IMG/VR virus record: IMGVR_UViG_3300042291_000666 | Location: 1-64,000 of that record | Direction: 5' to 3' (one strand) | Length of the DNA stretch: 64,000 bases | Source: a virus | Program-made: the position numbers and the translations under genes | Shown here: positions 60,914 to 64,000 of the stretch, in pieces | How the letters are laid out: each line of letters starts with the position of its first letter | Numbering within the stretch: the stretch's first letter is position 1 | Notes under the pieces: model-generated | What the model was told of the DNA's origin: nothing | Database searches by the model: none | What the model saw: the letters and a program-made list of their open reading frames with translations, nothing else

Positions 60914-61621
60914 ATGGATAATAACACACTTTTAATTAAATTAAAACAAAGACTAAACAAACTAGATAGCCAAGACTATGATAACATAGAGTGTTGGCAG
61001 TTTGTTGAAGCTTTTAATAAAGTACAGGTAGACTGGTGTAGAAGAAATTTGCACGGGGGTAATATGTACAAAGAAGGTGATGAATTATCTAAAAGAAGAA
61101 TTGATGATTTACAACCCCTGTTAAGAGAGTTATCTTTAACAGGAGTTGTAACTGATCAGTACTTTGAAACAAATAACTTTCCTATAAATACTTATTTAGA
61201 ATACAAAAGAGTAAGTACGGATGCTACAAGTGAATGTTGTCCAGATCCTAGATCAATGACAGTATATTTAGCTGAAGAGGCTAATGTATCTTTATTACTA
61301 AGAGATCCATTAAAGGATCCAAACTTTGAATGGGGTGAAACATTTTGTACAATGTTGGGTAACAAAATTAGAATATATAGAAAACCAGATTTTAATATTG
61401 TAAACCCTGTATTGACTTACTATCAAAAGCCTGTTTATATACAAATACAAGGTTGTGTTGATCCATATACAGGTGTTGTTAGTACAACTAATATACCTTG
61501 TCAATTTAAAGATGATGTTGTTGAAGTATTATTAGATGATACGGCTTCACTTATTGCAGGAGATATAGAGAACATTTATCAACAACAAAGGGGCCAAGGT
61601 TCTGCTGAAAGAAATAATTAA
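60914..61621 (+). CDS. putative head-tail ring/adaptor protein
   Basis: LNKLDSQDY...FNKVQ...RRIDDLQPL...YYQKP pattern and synteny. Confidence 0.65.
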   Translation: MDNNTLLIKLKQRLNKLDSQDYDNIECWQFVEAFNKVQVDWCRRNLHGGNMYKEGDELSKRRIDDLQPLLRELSLTGVVTDQYFETNNFPINTYLEYKRVSTDATSECCPDPRSMTVYLAEEANVSLLLRDPLKDPNFEWGETFCTMLGNKIRIYRKPDFNIVNPVLTYYQKPVYIQIQGCVDPYTGVVSTTNIPCQFKDDVVEVLLDDTASLIAGDIENIYQQQRGQGSAERNN

Positions 61622-61623
61622 TC

Positions 61624-62151
61624 ATGGAAAATAAAATGAGATCTTTAAAGATAAATACTCAAGTAACTAAAACAATTAGCAGACCATCTGCAAAAGTTGA
61701 AGAAAAAGAAGAAAAAGAAGAAGAATCTGTTATAGCTAAACCTGTACCAGATACTGGTGTTGGTGGAAGTTCTTTAGATACTATGACTGCTAATTTAGCA
61801 ACTGAAATGATGAATGCTGCAATCAGTTTTCATAGACTTCATTTAAAAGTTAATGGAGAAGGTTCTTATTCAGCACATATAGCTTTAGGTGGTTTTTATG
61901 AAGGTCTACATGATCACGCTGATACTTTAGTAGAAGGATATCAAGGTGTGTCTGAAAAACTTTTATCATACAAAGATTCACCAATTAGAACATTAGATAC
62001 TGTAGCGGATGCTGTTGGATATTTAAGAGATTTATACAATACTGTTAACAAATTACAGGGTATGATGCCTTATTCAGAAATTGTAAATAATCTTGATCTT
62101 GTAAAAGATTCAATTAATTCAACAAAATATAAATTAATTTTTCTATCATAA
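61624..62151 (+). CDS. ferritin/Dps-like protein (DUF5856-like)
   Basis: HRLHL...SYSAHIALGGFYE.L....DTLVEGYQG...YKL.FL. Confidence 0.8.
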   Translation: MENKMRSLKINTQVTKTISRPSAKVEEKEEKEEESVIAKPVPDTGVGGSSLDTMTANLATEMMNAAISFHRLHLKVNGEGSYSAHIALGGFYEGLHDHADTLVEGYQGVSEKLLSYKDSPIRTLDTVADAVGYLRDLYNTVNKLQGMMPYSEIVNNLDLVKDSINSTKYKLIFLS

Positions 62152-62235
62152 TTGGAAATTAAAAACTTTTGCTTATATTATATGTGTACACGTAGTACAA
62201 ATTTATATATTTATTAATAACAAAAAACAAAAATT

Positions 62236-63699
62236 ATGGCTTATTTTAATCATGCGTTTTACAAAACGTTTGTTGCTACATCAACCCAAGCGTCAGCTGG
62301 AGTAGCAACCTCAGCATTAACTGCTGGTCAGCTTGGTTTAGTTACTGATGCATCATGGCAAACAATTGCTATTGCTGGTGGTACTTTACCTGCTAACTCA
62401 TTAGCTTATCTTGTACAAGGTAGCTACTACACTAAAGATACTATTGGAAACAATCCAGGTAACGGTGGTTACAAGGAATCTGTTAAATCAAAAGGTATCA
62501 ATCCTAAATTCATCTCAAGAGCATGGGTTACTAACTGTTTATTGGCTCAACAATCTACTGCGTCTTTATCATTAGGACCTGATTGTGCTCCATGTGGAAA
62601 AACTCAGTTCATGAGAATTGATGTTAAAGGTTCTCCAACATTACGTTTCTTAAATCACAATGCTTATTCTATTGGTGATAGTGCAAACATTTGTTGTGTA
62701 GGTGATCAAGAATTTTTAGATCCAGCATTAGTTTCGGCTACTATGGCTCAAATGGTTCTTGCTAATCCTTTAATTACTCCATTTGTTGCTGAAGGTGACG
62801 TTGATGGTGTTGCTACTGCTACATTAGCTGGTGGTTCTGGATATTCTGTTGCTTCTGGTGTTGCTACTACTGGTGGTTCTGGATCAGGTTTTAAAGTTAA
62901 TATTTTAACTGTATCTTCTGGTGCTATTGCTACTTATAGTGTTGCTGCACGTGGTGCTGGATATGTTGTAGGTGATGTATTAACAGTTGCTGGTGGTACT
63001 GGTGGAACTTTCACAGTTACTGCTCTTACTGCAGGTGGTGTTGTAATTACTGCAACTACTGGTGCTGTAAGTGTACAGTCTGTTTACACTATTGCTCAAA
63101 CTTTAGGTACAGCTGCTTCTGGAAACTATGTTCCTTCACTTGATCCTAATGGTACAACTAAAGTTAGTGCTACAGTTAATTTTGTAGGAGCTTATGTTGA
63201 TACTAAATTTGGTAACTGTTCATTTGATACTAGAGATCATTTTAACGCTGAACCTGTAGTTATCATTGCTTCTATCCTTGATGAAACTGGAAATCCATGT
63301 AATGATTGTGGTGTTGCTACAAGCACTCCTGGTCAAATGCAACAAACTCAAGGTGAAAATGTAGTTAGAGATTTAATCTTATCTGAAAGATACAGACAAT
63401 CTCCTTTCAATCAAGGAAATGCAGATAGTGCAAGAATTAGAGAGATTGAGATGTCAGATGAAATCTTAGCTGCTGTTGATAGATCTGCTACTTATAAAGC
63501 ATATTATATCCAACATACTGTTCCAAGATTCAACAACCCAAGTGGTGTGTTTGACAATGATCAATATGTTTACCAAGTATATGTTAAATGTTCTGACACT
63601 GCTGCTAACACTGCTGTATTAGCATTGGTTAACAAAGTGGTTGCTTTAGCAAATGCTGCTGGTAATAACATTGCATTAGAAACTAACTCTTACTGGTAA
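62236..63699 (+). CDS. virion structural protein (auxiliary capsid-like)
   Basis: MAYFNHAF start, A/G/T-rich, PRFNNPSGVFDNDQY; own promoter-like motif and terminator. Confidence 0.7.
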   Translation: MAYFNHAFYKTFVATSTQASAGVATSALTAGQLGLVTDASWQTIAIAGGTLPANSLAYLVQGSYYTKDTIGNNPGNGGYKESVKSKGINPKFISRAWVTNCLLAQQSTASLSLGPDCAPCGKTQFMRIDVKGSPTLRFLNHNAYSIGDSANICCVGDQEFLDPALVSATMAQMVLANPLITPFVAEGDVDGVATATLAGGSGYSVASGVATTGGSGSGFKVNILTVSSGAIATYSVAARGAGYVVGDVLTVAGGTGGTFTVTALTAGGVVITATTGAVSVQSVYTIAQTLGTAASGNYVPSLDPNGTTKVSATVNFVGAYVDTKFGNCSFDTRDHFNAEPVVIIASILDETGNPCNDCGVATSTPGQMQQTQGENVVRDLILSERYRQSPFNQGNADSARIREIEMSDEILAAVDRSATYKAYYIQHTVPRFNNPSGVFDNDQYVYQVYVKCSDTAANTAVLALVNKVVALANAAGNNIALETNSYW

Positions 63700-63734
63700 T
63701 CAATATACCTTAAGAGGTTGATTTTTTAAAAATT

Positions 63735-63771
63735 AAGAGTAGGAGTCAAAAACTCCTGCTCTTTTTTTTTT
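63735..63771 (+). terminator. intrinsic terminator
   Basis: AAGAGTAGGAGT-CAAAA-ACTCCTGCTCTT followed by a T-run. Confidence 0.85.
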
Positions 63772-63827
63772 CTTTATTCTAATTTTTTTGTATATTGTAT
63801 ATATAGTGTATCAAAATAAATATCAAA

Positions 63828-64000
63828 ATGGCTGACAAACATATATTAAGCTTAGAAATACCAACAGTATCTAACTGTAATCTTTTATGTATTAAAGATA
63901 CTAGTCAGTATTCTTCAGAACTTGCTGTTGATTGTGAAGAATTATTAATCACACTTCCTGGCTTTACCGTACCTGTGTTACTTAAAGTAACAAAAGGTTT
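63828..64000 (+). CDS. virion protein, 5' part (runs off the window edge)
   Basis: Manual translation MADKHILSLEIPTVSNCNLLCIKDTSQY...ITLPGF; open to the window end. Confidence 0.7.
   Translation, partial: MADKHILSLEIPTVSNCNLLCIKDTSQYSSELAVDCEELLITLPGFTVPVLLKVTKG

Noticed and set aside
1-64000. Stop-codon reassignment (TAG or TGA) as in some crAss-like phages
   Set aside because: Terminase, portal, capsid, PolB and the fibre gene are all intact in the standard code, and neither tRNA is a suppressor.

Overview
AT-rich 64 kb segment of a lytic crAss-like (Crassvirales-type) phage genome, probably infecting an aquatic Bacteroidota/Flavobacteriia host. The standard genetic code reads full-length ORFs and most stops are TAA. 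There are four transcription blocks. (1) 1-2123, minus strand: class Id-like ribonucleotide reductase. (2) 2228-9656, plus strand: membrane/lysis genes, small basic proteins, a long fibre protein and a lipoprotein. (3) 9854-44618, minus strand: early and replication genes, including PolB, primase, DnaB, SF2 helicase, Ung, dNMP kinase, MazG, nucleases, a MoxR-AAA/VWA module, two tRNAs and many small ORFs. (4) 44848 to the end, plus strand: basic peptides, endolysin, HU-like protein, GroES, terminase, portal, major capsid protein, ferritin-like and virion proteins. The most notable unexplained signals are: a likely programmed -1 frameshift at 13705-13711; a four-gene module of MoxR ATPase, VWA-metallopeptidase and two BRCT-like paralogues; strong CGA/TCG avoidance, with both tRNA T-loops also lacking it; a GC-rich structured RNA after the capsid gene; and a duplicated gene pair with hairpins and a shared 13-mer at the strand-divergence point. 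All product calls come from motif recognition by eye; no searches were run.
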